From the human T2T-CHM13v2.0 reference genome, Homo sapiens: a stretch of DNA of 64,000 nt. The translations under genes and the position numbers were made by a program. Where the stretch lies: NCBI RefSeq assembly GCF_009914755.1, contig NC_060935.1. The stretch is one strand, 5' to 3'. The notes below the pieces were generated by a model. The model was not told the DNA's origin. It searched no databases and saw nothing but the letters and a program-made list of their open reading frames with translations. Below, piece by piece: positions 1 through 13,653 of the stretch (positions are counted from its first letter, which is position 1; every line of letters begins with the position of its first letter).

Positions 1-2712
1 TCTATCAGCAGTAATTGACAGGTTCTATTTTGGGTTTTCATAATATCTGAAACTTTCTGTATTAGCTTGCTGTGTTAGCAGTTGCTATGTTAGACAGTAA
101 GCACAGTGACTTCTCAGCACATTTCTTTTTGATTCAATAAGTGATTATTGGATAAATGATAGCAATCTAAACCTGAAAGTTTAAAAGAGAGTAATATAAG
201 ATGAAAAATAGGATAAGACAAAATTATGTCTACTAACACTTCTAGTTCAGATTTTTAGAATGCATATGTTTCATTGCTGTGGTTTATCAATTTCCCTATT
301 TCATTGTCTCTTATACATATGAATGATTTACTGACAGGAACAAAAAATGTAATGATTCCGCACAGCACCTCATAAGGGCCTAAGTAAAACTGCGACACCA
401 TTAATAATTATAGTCAGTATCTCTTCACTTCCTTTTAGGTACCCCATCCCACAGTCCTCAAATTTCATGGAGTATTCAGAGATGGTCCCCATTTCCAGAA
501 AAACGTTAATGTTCTACTCCAAAGTTGTCTGTTGCTTAAACTATCATCTTTGTGCCCTGCTCTCTGATAGGATGCCTCACCAACAGTGTAATTGTGTGGT
601 AGTTTAAAATAATAGACTTTAAATAAATGCTCTATCTAGTCCAGGTAGTACTTGCCCTTTAAACAGGGTCTTCAAGCTTTTAAGCCAGAGAAAACTGGAA
701 TTTAAAGATACAAGCTGGAAGAAATAGGAGATAACTGGGTCAAGGGGCTTTCCTGATATTTCCCATATCACATCCTTGTCAGCAGCTTCTTACTTTATCT
801 AAAATGAAAGTTGGATCTGAAGAGACTAAGTCCTTTTTGAAAACAATTTTAGGCAGGTAAGAGACAAATAAAAAAATTTGATTCATAAATCACCTATTAC
901 TAATTCACCTGTTAATAACTCTAAGAGTTTAATAAAAAGTGAAAATAATAAGATCAAAATATATACAAAATTCAGCTTCATAATATGTCATCCAAAAGAA
1001 TGTCACATATATTCATTTGTATCAAGCTAAAAGCTTGCCTGCCTATTAAGACAACACACTATAAATAGCAGGTGAACGTGATTAGGGCAGAAAATCCTAA
1101 ACAAATGAGATCAATAGTTATATATATTTAAGCTGCACTTCTTGCTTTAGATAAATTGTTCTTATCCTAATTAGTAAGATTATTGAGAAGAAACAGTTTA
1201 TCACATGACTCAGTACAGCTTGAGAGGGTTAATACTTTCAGAATGAACAATTCAACTTGTGAAAAAGGTGACACTTTGAATATCAACTGGTAACCAATAT
1301 TTTGATGAACCATATTCAGCCAAAATGTTCGCAACACATTTTGTTTGCCTCATTTTGCTAGGTACTTCATTTAGAGAAGAATGTGATACAACCTCTATCC
1401 TTAGAAAACTCACTTGCTAACAAGAAAACTTTCTTCTAAAACAGCTGTGGCTCCCCCATCACTGATGCCACAGCCACTCAAAACCTCTTTATACTTCTTT
1501 TCAATACTTTAAGTGTAGTTATGAAAAGCTATCTGTCTAAGTGTTGTGGGGACTGACCATCTTCAGGCAAGACTGTGTCATCCAGTTAGGGAAAAATCTA
1601 ACCTGGAGAAGGACAGTATAAGGTATTTACCTGTTGTGTAACTGAAGGCATTAGTCTTAAGGTAGAGAGATTCTCACTAAAAGTAGTACGAAATTGACTC
1701 CAAATTGTAGTCTTAAGTTTTCCTTGCAGACTGGAGAGGAAACTATAGAATTACTGGACAGAAGAGTAGAAAGTAATGTGTCAATTACTGAGTGTGAGGT
1801 GGGAGAGAGATGTTTGGTATGCATTTCTTCTAAGCCTAAGCTTATGACAAGAATAGCAAACGCCCACATGCCTGGGCTATTTTTAACCAACTACAAATAA
1901 TATGCCAAGGATATAATGTCTTTTTAAAAAAGAATGTTCTACTCCCTCCCAGATGGTTTTATAGAAATATAGATGTTATGCAATTATCACCATGGTAACC
2001 CCATATCTTGCCTCAAGAAATCAACATGTCACTTATTCCTAACATTCACTTGTCTTTTCTGAGAACAGAATTTTGTTCAATGTATCTCTCTTTTGTAGCA
2101 CTACCAGAACTCTTTGATTCCTGTTTATATTACACACACACGCACACACAACATTAAACTCAAGGCCATAGTGAGGGTTTCATGATAAGAGGATACCATA
2201 TAAACATACTTCATTCTCAAATAAAGGAATTGTCTATTCTGGAATCTCACTCAAATTTACAAAGAGCAGTCAAGAACTGATTTTCAGAACTGGTAAATCA
2301 ATGTACAATTGTAATGTTCAACAAATATGAGTTTCAGGAACATAATTGCTTATATATTAAGGAAATACTATTACAAGTTCATTGTAGAAAGCAAATGTGG
2401 CACCATTTACAAGATTAGCTGACAGAAGCTGCACATGAAAACATCTGTTTATGTTCATGGGGATTTCTTGTTAGCTGAGCCCAGGGCTCATGTGATGTGC
2501 TTTGAGAAAGCTGTATTCCTTGGAATGTGTCTTCTGTAGATGCAATAGTTGTACCTTGTCTTTTCTCTGATTATATAGAGAAGTAAGTATTCAGGTAGGA
2601 TTATTCAGCCTAGATCAGATGACTATGTCAAGCTTGCCTCTCACCAGTGGTTTCTCCACTCTGCATCCATTAGCCTATACTCATTCTTGCCCTTCTCTCA
2701 CCATTCAGCTGG

Positions 2713-3252
2713 TATATTAGTTAACTAATAATGCATAACAATTATCCTAAAACACAGTAGCTTGAAATAACTAATATTTATTATCTCACATTTTCTCTGA
2801 GTCAGGAATCTGGGCATGGCTTGGCTGGTGTCTCTGACTCAGGAAATTTCACAAGGCTGTGTGCTGTCATAAATGGCTACAGTCACCTCATGGCTCAGAT
2901 GGGGGAAGTATTCACTTCCAAGCTCACTCAAGTAGCTACTGGTAGTCTTCAGGCCTTCACTGGATGTTGAGCAGAGACTCCAGTACTTTGCTATGTGGAC
3001 TTTTTATATGGCTAGTGACAACATGGTGGTTTGGTTCCATAGAATCACAGGAGTGAGAGATAGAGAAGATAGAATATGAAGATAGAATAGAGAAAAGGAT
3101 ATAATAAATGGCATGATAACATTTTTGCCATGCTGTGTTTGTTAAAAATGAGGCACTAAGTCCAGCTTACACTCAAGGGGAGAGGGTTACACAGGCTGTG
3201 GACACTAGGAGGCAGAAATCATTGAAAGCCATTTTAAAGACTGCCTACCACA
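2713..3252 (-). mobile_element. MLT1 (F/G-like) ERVL-MaLR solo LTR
   Basis: Starts TATATTAGTTA...TGCATAACAA, contains TTTATTATCTCACA...GTCAGGAATCTGGG, ends GCCATTTT...CTGCCTACCACA; this is the typical antisense MLT1 layout. Confidence 0.75.
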
Positions 3253-4426
3253 GATGGATTCTGAGATTGCAAATATAAATGGACATTCCATTTTAAATTT
3301 ATCTCCCACAAAATAAGGTAAGAGTGAGGATTTAGTAAGGAAATTATAAAATGTATTCTGGTGCTTAAACATAAATGATTTAGAAGTTATCTGATGTTCA
3401 TTTTAATCTTGCTATCGCTATCCTCAGTACAATCAGTGAAGTTAACTAAGATTTTGTGCTTGCATATGGTGATTCTCATGCGCAGAGAAAATTATATCTC
3501 AGAGTCTGTTGTGTGGGTAATAGAAGGATTTAGAGTCAGAATTGTCTTAGATTCTAAAAATACTTGATCTCCCTATATAAAGTAAAATTTATTTCTTTAT
3601 CTGAAAGTGTGAGCTTCTACAGAAAAGATGCATATAAAGTAGAAAGGGAGGAAGCAGAAATGTGCCTGCTTAGTCAAATGAATTCAGTCAGCATAGTTAA
3701 TCAATAGGGCTACTGATGCCACGGATTAATCATTTTTTTAATCCTTTCCCTAAAGCTTGTGAATTTCTCTTTTGGTCTCCATTCTAGCTTTCCCAAGGGA
3801 TCATAGCCTAAATGGCCTTTAGGCTTTACTTCCGTGGTAAATATTAATTGGAGCCCTCAGAGAATATATAAGGAAGATTGAATTCATTTCTTAAAAGCTC
3901 ATACTTCATCTGCAGCTCTCCTCTACTGTGCTAGAGAAATTATATATTAGCCAGAGATGGACTGCCTCTTTTCCAGAAACATAAAGAAGTCTAGAAGGTT
4001 TTATTTAGTGCAAATATCTAGGACATCTCCTCTGGCCTGGGTCTGTCCTGGTGACCTTTACATATTCATTTTTTAAGCTGCATTATGCCCTGAAAAGTAA
4101 CTGTATCCTTGAAAATCTGAATCTGCATGTTGGAGACTTTTATTAGGACAGAAGTCCCAGTGAACAAGATTCAGCATCTGTAGGTATACCACTGATTCAT
4201 TTTCTGCTAAGCAGCTCACTGTTCTAAGAATTAACAGGCTTCATTCTAAAACACACTGCCAATATGGGCCACTTCTTCCTCATTTTCCAAGTCCTATACC
4301 CAATGTTCATTTCCTTGATTCTATCCCACGTGTTATTCCTCCACTAAAACAATTCTGCTCTTTTCCACATAAATATGTTTTTACTCTGGAACAAAGTCAA
4401 TGTCAGCTCTTTAAAGTATTGCATTT

Positions 4427-4670
4427 CTCTTGAGTCCAGGAGTTCAAGACCAGCTTGGGCAACATGGCAAAACCCCATCTCTACAAAAAATACAAAAATT
4501 AGCTGGGCATGGTGCTGTTCATCTGAAGTCCCAGCTACTTGGGAGGCTGAGGTAGAATAATTGCTTGAGCCCTGGAGGTTGCGGCTGCAGTGAGTTTTGA
4601 TCTCATCACTGTACTCCAGCCTGGGCAACAGACCAAGATCTTGTCTCAAAAAAAAAACAAAAAAACAAAA
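4427..4670 (+). mobile_element. 5'-truncated Alu (AluJ-like)
   Basis: CTTGAGTCCAGGAGTTCAAGACCAGC, A-rich linker, GCTTGAGCCCTGGAGGTTGCGGCTGCAGTGAG (J-type right arm) and A-rich tail. Confidence 0.9.
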
Positions 4671-5784
4671 ATAATATTGCTTTTTTCAAAACATCACTGG
4701 TTGCAGTCAGGAAGGGAAGGGAGTCAAAACTGACCATTATTTTTAGTAATTTTTATAGCCTTATTTCAATAGCAATATAAACAAAATATAAAGGATTATT
4801 TTAATAAATTTTGCTATCATATGTACTAAAGTATCCCATCCTATCATAGTGACTGGACACTTCCATCAAGTGTCACATTTTTCAGGAAGGTATGCAAGAT
4901 TTCAGGTTATTCTCCACCTAAGAGAGTCAGACCAATACCTGCTGGGCAACAGGAATCCTGGCTTGTCCTTGAATATAGCGCATGTAACAGTCCCTCTTGA
5001 ACCTCTTCTAAGGTAAGTGACCTATAATCTTGCAAGTCTGGCTGACTCCCAAACAGGATAAAACACTGAATTTTGAGAAAGAAATAAATAGGAGGGAGAC
5101 TTAGAAGGAACTGTAAGGGAGACTCTAGAGTTGTTGGCACTTGCTCAAAATTGGAGGCAGCCCAGGCATTTGCTTTTTGATTTATAGTTAAAATGAATCC
5201 ATAAATATGCCTTATAGAGTAATTCTGTCAGAAATGTACGTGGCCATTAGTTAACCTTACAAGCACTCTTTCATGGCCCAGCTAAAAAAAAATCAATTAT
5301 ATTTGTCACTATAGCACTATCCTATTATAATACAGTTTATCAAAAAAGAAATTTGTTAATTCCAACCTAGGCAGAGTTATTCATGCCTTCCAATATTGTT
5401 ATGTACCACTTGTCATAATGTATTATAAGCATTGCTTAACCCTATTTTTCTTATTATTGTACATTCTATAGAGCTGAAAAGGTAGCAAACATGCTTTGAG
5501 CATCACAGAAACCCCGGTTCCTAATTCAAAGTAGCCGTTCAATAAATATTTCTTAATATATGATCAGAGGGAAGAATAATATGATGTATAAAGGCTAGGG
5601 GATGTACCGTGTTTGCAGTCTGCTCCTTCAAGACTTCTACACATTAGAACAAGGCCACGAAAAAGACATTGCAAATAGAGACATTTATTTCCTGCCCTTT
5701 TTAGAATTGTATAAAATATTCTATATTTACAATAATATAATTTTATCCTGAACAAAGTCGTTAGTTTTATGAGAGTTAGAATAT

Positions 5785-5975
5785 AGGCTGGATTCAGGTT
5801 CTAGATCTACCACTTAGTAAATGTTTGACCTTGGGTGAGATCAAACTTAACCACTTTAAGCCTCAATTTTCCTACCTCTAAAATGCAGATTATTACAGTA
5901 GCTAACTCACAAGGATGTCCTGAAAATTAATAAGGACACATTTTTTACAGCCATTAGCATAGTGCCTGTGACAGG
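5785..5975 (+). mobile_element. MIR SINE remnant
   Basis: MIR core: TGACCTTGGGTGAG...CTTAACC...AAGCCTCAATTTTCCT...TAAAATG...AGCATAGTGCCTG. Confidence 0.7.
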
Positions 5976-6732
5976 TTAACCCTTCAATATATAACAGAGC
6001 AATAACAATAAGAACAACATCACTTGATTTATTTATTGGTTGAGATATTAGACCTGTTTGTAGGAACATTAAATGGAGTCCTTTATTTTCCTACAGCAAA
6101 GTTTTACGTATTATATTATGAGACTTTTAATTAATGGGATTACAGAAACCCTAGGAAAGCATCAAAATAAAAAAACCCTAATAAGCTCTCAAAATAAGTA
6201 TAACATTTGAAAAACATAAGATCTAAAAGAGAAATATGAATTAAAATCAGTGTTGATGTCTCAGGCTTTATTATAACTCTAGGAATAGTTTTGAAATTAT
6301 GGTATTTATATATATTCTATCTTAAAAGTAGTTAGAGGAATAAGATATACTGGTTTGAAATTGTGGTCTAAATCACATAAGATAATTTAACTAATCAATT
6401 AGTAATCATTGTTCAAAAGCTTGGAAAGCTGTTTATTAAATTTTATATATTTAACAATTGATCATTACACTGAAAAAAATTGTATCACCACTTCACTTTG
6501 TGGCCATATCTGTGTTTATGTTGCCTATTTCTACGAAGAAAACAGCAAAGCTTGAACGGGACATGAAATACGAAGTCAGTAGTGGAAAAGGACTCAAAAG
6601 TTATACTCACGTTATAACAATTCTGCTCTTGTAGTTTCTGACTGGCTTGAGACATTTTTAGTAAAAAGGATAGCCCCACATGGGATGAAGACGCCCTGCC
6701 CGTAAGTTTGACTGATTAGAAAATATGTTGTG

Positions 6733-8792
6733 TTCCTCTTTTCCTAATTGAATACCCTTTATTTCTTTCTCCTGCCTGATTGCCCTGGCCAGAACTTCGA
6801 ACACTATGTTGAATAGGAGTGGTGAGAGAGGGCATCCCTGTCTTGTCCCTGTTTGCAGATGACATGATTGTATATTTAGAAAACCCCATCATCTCATCTC
6901 AAAATCTCCTTAAGCTGATAAGCAACTTCAGCAGTCTCAGGATACAAAATCAATGTGCAAAAACCACAAGCATTCTTATACACCAGTAACAGACAGAGAG
7001 CAAAATCAGGAGTGAACTCCCATTCACAATTGCTTCAAAGATAATAAAATACCTAGGAATCCAACTTAGAACGGATGTGAAGGAGGTCTTCAAGGAGAAC
7101 TACAAACCACTGCTCAATAAAATAAAAGAGGACACAAACAAATGGAAGAACATTCCATGCTCATGGATAGGAAGAATCAATATTGTGAAAATGGCCATAC
7201 CGCCCAAGGAAATTTGCAGATTCAATGCCATCCCCAACAAGCTACCAATGACTTTCTTCACAGAATTGGAAAAAACTACTTTAAAGTTCATATGGAACCA
7301 AAAAAGAGCACGCATTTCGAAGTCAATCCTAAGCCAGAAGAACAAAGCTGGAGGCATCACACTACCTGACTTCAAACTATACTACAAGGCTACAGTAACC
7401 AAAACAGCATGGTACTGGTACCGAAACAGAGATATAGACCAATGGAACAGAACAGAAGCCTCAGAAATAATACCACACATCTACAACCATCAGATCTTTG
7501 ACAAACCTGACAAAAACAAGAAATGGGGAAAGGATTCCCTATTTAATAAATGGTGCTGGGAAAACTGGCCAGCCATATGTAGAAAGCTGAAACTGGATCC
7601 CTTCCTTACACCCTATACAAAAATTCAAGATGGATTAAAGACTTAAATGTTAGACTTAAAACCATAAGAACCCTAGAAGAAAACCTAGGCAATACCATTC
7701 AGGACATAGGCATGGGCAAGGACTTCATGTCTAAAACACCAAAAGCAATGGCAACAAAAGCCAAAATTGACAAATGGGATCTAATTAAGCTAAAGAGCTT
7801 CTGCACAGCAAAAGAAACTACCATCAGAGTGAACAGGCAACGTACAGAATGGGAGAAAATATTTGCAATCTACTCATCTGACAAAGGGCTAATATCCAGA
7901 ATCTACAAAGAACTTAAACAAATGTACAAGAAAAAAACAACCCCATAAAAAAGTGGGCAAATGGTATGAACAGACACTTCTCAAAAGAAGACATTTATGC
8001 AGCCAACAGACACATGAAAAAATGCTCATCATCACTGGCCATCAGAGAAATGCAAATCAAAACCACAATGAGATACCATCTCACAGCAGTTAGAATGGCA
8101 ATCATTAAAAAGTCAGGAAACAACAGGTCCTGGAGAAGATGTGGAGAAATAGGAAAACTTTTAAACTGTTGTTGGGTGGGATTGTATACTAGTTCAACCA
8201 TTGTGGAAGTCAGTGTGGCGATTCCTCAGGGATCTAGAACTAGAAATACCATTTGACCCAGCCATCCCATTACTGGGTATATACCCAAAGGATTATAAAT
8301 CATGCTGCTATAAAGACACATGCACACGTATGTTTATTGCAGCACTATTCACAATAGCAAAGACTTGGAACCAACCCAAATGTCCATCAATGATAGACTG
8401 GATTAAGAAAATGTGGCACATATACACCATGGAATACTATGCAGCCATAAAAAAGGATGAGTTCATGTCCTTTGCAGGGACATGGATGAAGCTGGAAACC
8501 ATCATTCTCAGCAAACTATCGCAAGGACAAAAATTCAAACACCGCGTGTTCTCACTCATAGGTGGGAATTGAACAATGAGAGCATTTGGACACAGGAAAG
8601 GGAACATCACACACTGGGGCCTGTCATGGGTTGGGGGGAGCGGGGAGGGATAGCATTAGGAGATATACCTAATGTAAATGACGAGTTAATGGGTGCAGCA
8701 GGTGCAGCACACCAACATGGCACATGTATACATATGTAACAAACCTGCACATTGTGCATATGTACCCTAGAACTTTAAGTATAATAAAAAAA
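6733..8792 (+). mobile_element. 5'-truncated, 5'-inverted L1PA (PA4-6-like); 6733-6846 inverted, 6843-8792 sense; frameshifted ORF2 C-terminal part plus 3'UTR
   Basis: ORF2 peptides ([47 protein letters not shown]), G-rich 3'UTR, A tail, 14-bp TSD AGAAAATATGTTGT at 6718-6731 and 8793-8806. Confidence 0.97.
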
Positions 8793-9399
8793 AGAAAATA
8801 TGTTGTATATTATCTAAGTGCAATGTCTTATTTGTTATAGTAATACTTCTTCTAGACCAAATTGAAAATATTGTAATTAGCAGCATGACAAAGATAATAG
8901 CTGTTATTCCCTGAAGACCTACTAGGTTCCAGGCATACCTCTGCAAGAAGAGTTTATTATTTACATTATCTTGTGTGCCAAGTAAACTAACATTAAGCAG
9001 TTTATGTAATGTTCCCAAAGTCACCCAGGTAATAAGTGGCAAAGTGAGGATGTGACAATAGCTTTTTCTGCCTCCAAAGTCAATGCTCTCAATTGTCTAA
9101 TCACTTAACCTATGAACACCACAAGGATGATATAACATTCCCAGGTACCCCAAATAAAGTTTCTCTCATTTGCATATGCTTAAGAATCTCTGTGGGTTTT
9201 GCTTCATATTTATGTATGTGAAGTTAATTGCTGAAAAATGTTTAGCTTACTTAATTGGGGTATACTCTTAAGATTAAATTTAACTCCACATTTGCAAAAC
9301 TGATACCAGCTTTAAGAAACCCTATTCTTTAGCTGTACCAAATTACTACTCATTCTGCCAAATTATTATGCTTTGATCTTGTCTTAGCCCATCTGGTTT

Positions 9400-9735
9400 C
9401 TCCTACTGGAATCCTTTATCTACTTTGAAGATATGTCCATTTATTTTATTTTTTAAGGCTCAGGGCGAGCATTTCCTACTCTATAGAGTTTTCTAAGAAC
9501 TCCTTATACTACTGCAAGTTGTATGGCCTTCCTTTGCATCCCAGTCCACCTTATACACACCTCAACTCTACTATTATCTCATACTTTATAATAATTTTTT
9601 ACCTATTGATTTTTCCCCTTGCCACACTACACTGTAATCTCTTGAGGAGATAATTTCATCTCTCCTAAATCTTTCTGATGCTCAGCATAGTGTTTGACAC
9701 AAAATATAGTCTCCATAACTATTACTGAATAAATC
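9400..9735 (+). mobile_element. L2 3' end remnant
   Basis: CACTGTAATCTCTTGAGG...AGCATAGTGTTTGACAC...CATAACTATTACTGAATAAAT resembles the L2 terminus. Confidence 0.55.
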
Positions 9736-11458
9736 ATCACAATTAATAAACATTCTCATATTTTGATTTCCTTCTGCTTTTACAAATGGTTTCTCTATAG
9801 TTAAAAAACTATGTATACTACATTTCAACATCCTGTGGCATTCTCTAATATATCACATAATGTTGTGACATTATCTAACACCTGACTTGAATCATTTCTA
9901 AGGTCTCCAGTCCTCCCATGGAAATCTACATTTTATATTTAAGATTCAGGGAAGCACAAGCTTTTATTAAAAGAAGCCCCCTCAAAATAAGTACCACCTT
10001 ATTTTCTTTTAATAACCAGTCACCAAGGAAAGTTATCATACTAGCTTAATTTTTCAAGCTTCCTGATAGTATTGATCCAAGCATGGCCAGATGGTTTCTT
10101 ACAAATAAACTCCAGGTGGAATGATATTAGTTTATTTTTAATCATTCCTGTTCTAAATATACTTCTTTTTTCTTCCACAGAACAAAGAATTGATTCAATG
10201 CCAGACTGTCTGGAGCCAGTAGAACTGAAGAAAATGATGACTACTAGGGAATAGATTTTAATATGTGTAATATGGTTTAGTTGACCACAATTATTAACAA
10301 TCAACATATCATAGAAACAATATATTGTTTTCCCTAATAATCAGGCCTGGGTCTACAGAGTTGTACTGAGAACAGGATTAGTGTAGCTGATGATATATGA
10401 AGAGTTATCTTTGTCACACAGCCTGAAAGATTATTAAATGTCTACTTGGTCAAGCACTTAAAGCATGCATTCTTTAGCTATCCTTTTCTCTCTTAATTTC
10501 TTTTATAAAATTCAGGAGATGTTCTGATCTCTGAGAATGTAAAACTTACAAGTGCAAATTTAAACCTCCAAATTGATGATAATCTTTTGGTGGATATAGG
10601 CACAGAAATAAACAAAAACAAAAATAAAAAAAAATTATGTGTCAACAAATGCTTATTTGTCTATAGGTAGATTTTGCCAGCCCAGAAATAGTTTCCTAGG
10701 TTTCAGCGAGGAGTTGGTATTTGAACAAAGAAGGTGATTACAATGTGATTCCTTTCTAATTTCTAAGAGTACAGTGTTCTATAATTGCTCAATCAATGAA
10801 TGAGATAACCCAGCACATTATAGCATCAGATGAAAGAACTTTTCATTAGAGATAGAGGGGTCAGAAAAGAAAGATATTCCAGGAAAGGGAGCATCTCCTC
10901 TATGTCCTGCAGGAGGAGTTGGAGCCAACCAGGTAGGCATGGTAGAAAATAGCATTTCAAGCAAAATGGTGGCTCTTATGGGAAAGAAAAGTGGGGCCTC
11001 TGGGCAGCAGCCAGACTTCAGACTTGTCTGACACATCTCAGACATTATGTTTCCCATGTGCCACCTAACACCATATACTGCATTCTATAAGTCAATGCTT
11101 TTGCTTAATATTGCAGCTAGTGCCAAATATGGAAACACTAGAAAATAGGGAGCTAGCTCGACTTTTTATTATTTTGCTGACTTCTAGCAAAAGGCAATTT
11201 CCTAAGTTTCTCTATCTGCAAGATGGTGATAAATATGATAGCATTTCTTTCATATGCCCTTTTAAGGTGGCTAAAATTAAAACATAATTTATGTGAAAGG
11301 GCTAAGAAAATTACCATTAAATATTAATATTTTCTGGATTCAAAATTAAGATGAGGAATTAGAACTAAAAAAAGCATCAAATAAAAGGGAAGGTGATTAG
11401 TGAAGAAATTGTGTAAATGGTATCCTGAGAAACCATATACATTTAATATTAACAAGAT

Positions 11459-11578
11459 ATGTGTATATATACGTGTGTGTGTGTGTGTGTGTGTGGATAT
11501 GTGTGGAGATTTTATATATATATATATATTTATATATATTTATACATATATTTATATACACGTACATATATATATATA
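11459..11578. repeat. Compound (TG)n/(TA)n microsatellite
   Basis: Direct reading. Confidence 0.9.
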
Positions 11579-12714
11579 GTTACCAATCTAAGATGAGTAA
11601 TCTTTGTGTCTGAACCCTATATTAAAATGTAACCTCAATTTACTATAACAAAATTGGGCAAAGGAAGAAATTTACCTTAAAATTAAGATTTTTCTTAAGT
11701 TAATTTTGTTTTCCTTCTAGTTTTTTTCAGAGCTTTTCACTGTCACAGTAGCCTTTGTCAGACAGTAAGTTATTCACACATAATTTGTCATGTGTTGGAA
11801 AAAAAAACACAGATGCTTTTGAATGATGCATTCTTACTTTTATAGTCAATAATATTTATCTCAGAAACAGCAAAACTGGTAAAAACAAGAAAAAAAGTCC
11901 ATTAATACTTGTACCAATAAAAGGGAGTATTAAGGTTGGATAATATAAACCACATAAGGAATAGTAGGTTATCAGAGGTTATCTTTTATGTTACAAAATG
12001 AATAAAAAATAAATAGAGAGAATAGAGAGTAAAAGAGACTCCATGTCTTCAAATAAATTTAAAGAGAGGAAAAGACTCACTAGAATTGTCCAAGAGTTCA
12101 GCAATTTCCAAAGATATGTTTATTTTCCATGGAAATTTGGCTTGTAAATAACAGATATAAGTGTTATTTTAAAATCAGGTACAGAGCTACAGAAAGTGTT
12201 TTTAAGAGACTGAAGAAACTAACGTAAATTCATATTTGTAAAATTTGAGGCCGGTGACCTGAAATGCTTCATTAAAGTAATCAAGATTCAAGAAAATGCT
12301 GTCTTGTGGTGAGGTCTGCTGAGACTACATTCCCAGCACCATGCTCCACGCACTTCCAATTCTCCTCTGTGTGTTCACTTAGGCTAGAGGGGCCCGTGGG
12401 GTGGGTGACTTGATTATTTTCCTAAGGTTGTATTTCTACCCCTCTTCACTGCAAGAAATATGAGAGACTTTGAAATAATTTCACAAACAATCTTAGATTA
12501 TACAATCTCCCATAATATCTCCTTCTCCCTAAAATTTTATCTGTATAGAAAACTCTTTGGTGCAGAAGAAAATGTTATTAAAAATATGTAAGCATTAAAG
12601 CAGTCCTTCTTGAAATGTAATTGGAAATACAAAGATGAATGTTTGATGCCCAGCTCTGAGTTTTCTTTACCTTTTGTAAATAAAAGAATTAAATGTTTTT
12701 TATTTGCATCATAA

Positions 12715-12942
12715 CAGCCAGTAATCCGTTTAGTGATCCGCTACTGTGTGCCAGGTGGTATGCTATGCTTTAAATGAATTACCTTATTTAATTTCTGATA
12801 AATCCTATGAAATAGGTACTATCATTATCCCAATTATACAAATGAAGAATGTGAGACTTGGAGAAATTAAGTAACTTGACCTTAGTGTCACTGCTAACCA
12901 ATAATGGAGACTTTAGAACCCTGACACTCTTACTTCAAAGCC
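12715..12942 (-). mobile_element. MIR remnant
   Basis: CTACTGTGTGCCAGG...ATAGGTACTATCATTATCCC...GAGACTTGGAGAAATTAAGTAACTTG. Confidence 0.7.
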
Positions 12943-13528
12943 AATGTAAACCTATATGGTTTGCTGCCTTTATGAGATGTTGTTACTGCACTTTAGCTCC
13001 AGGCCACTGATCCAGTCCATCCTATTGGCTGAGGTTAGTAAAAGCTCTCTCAGGTAACAGGAGAACCACCTAGATGAAAAGAGTGCTGTACCAGTACATT
13101 GTTCTTTCTCTTAGGTCTGCAATGTGTTTACTTTTAAGTTCTTTTGTAGGACCAGCTCATTAAGTGCACTTCAAAATGAGCTGTCTTCAGATTATGAAAG
13201 ACTTACACAGATCCTCTGAATTCTTTTCCTCCAAAAAATGCATAGACTATCTAAGATAATTATGCCTTTCTCTCACGTTCCACAATCCTTAAGTTATTTC
13301 CTGAAATAAGTTGATGGGACTTTTTTTTCTATGTCAATGACATTTTGAAGCTACAATGATCTCAGTTGCAGCTCTCAAGGAGTTCTGTGTGTTAACATAA
13401 TCCTTTGAAGATAAAAAAAAAAAAGAAACATGAGAACTTGTATTTGTTATGCAGTTCTTTCTTAAACTAACCTTCAAAACCACTCATTTGGCCTAATAAA
13501 TTATACCTTTTAGTTTGAATCATTTTAA

Positions 13529-13653
13529 CCCACTTATGCCTGAGGTTACAATTTTTTTGAATATTTGCTATCAGACCTTGGTGATGACCCTGAGCAGTGG
13601 GCTATAAATAACTCCCGCGTGCTAAGCATTCCAGTAATGGAACACTAGGCATA
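13529..13653 (-). mobile_element. MER85 (non-autonomous PGBD3/piggyBac MITE) with one TIR eroded
   Basis: TTAA (13525-13528) followed by TIR CCCACTTATGCCT; body CAGACCTTGGTGATGACC...TATAAATAACTCCC; internal palindrome ATTCCAGTAATGGAAC (13628-13643); partial second TIR AGGCATA. Confidence 0.88.

Noticed and set aside
8625-8652. G-quadruplex motif, also at ~39595 and ~57777
   Set aside because: Standard feature of L1 3'UTRs, not locus-specific
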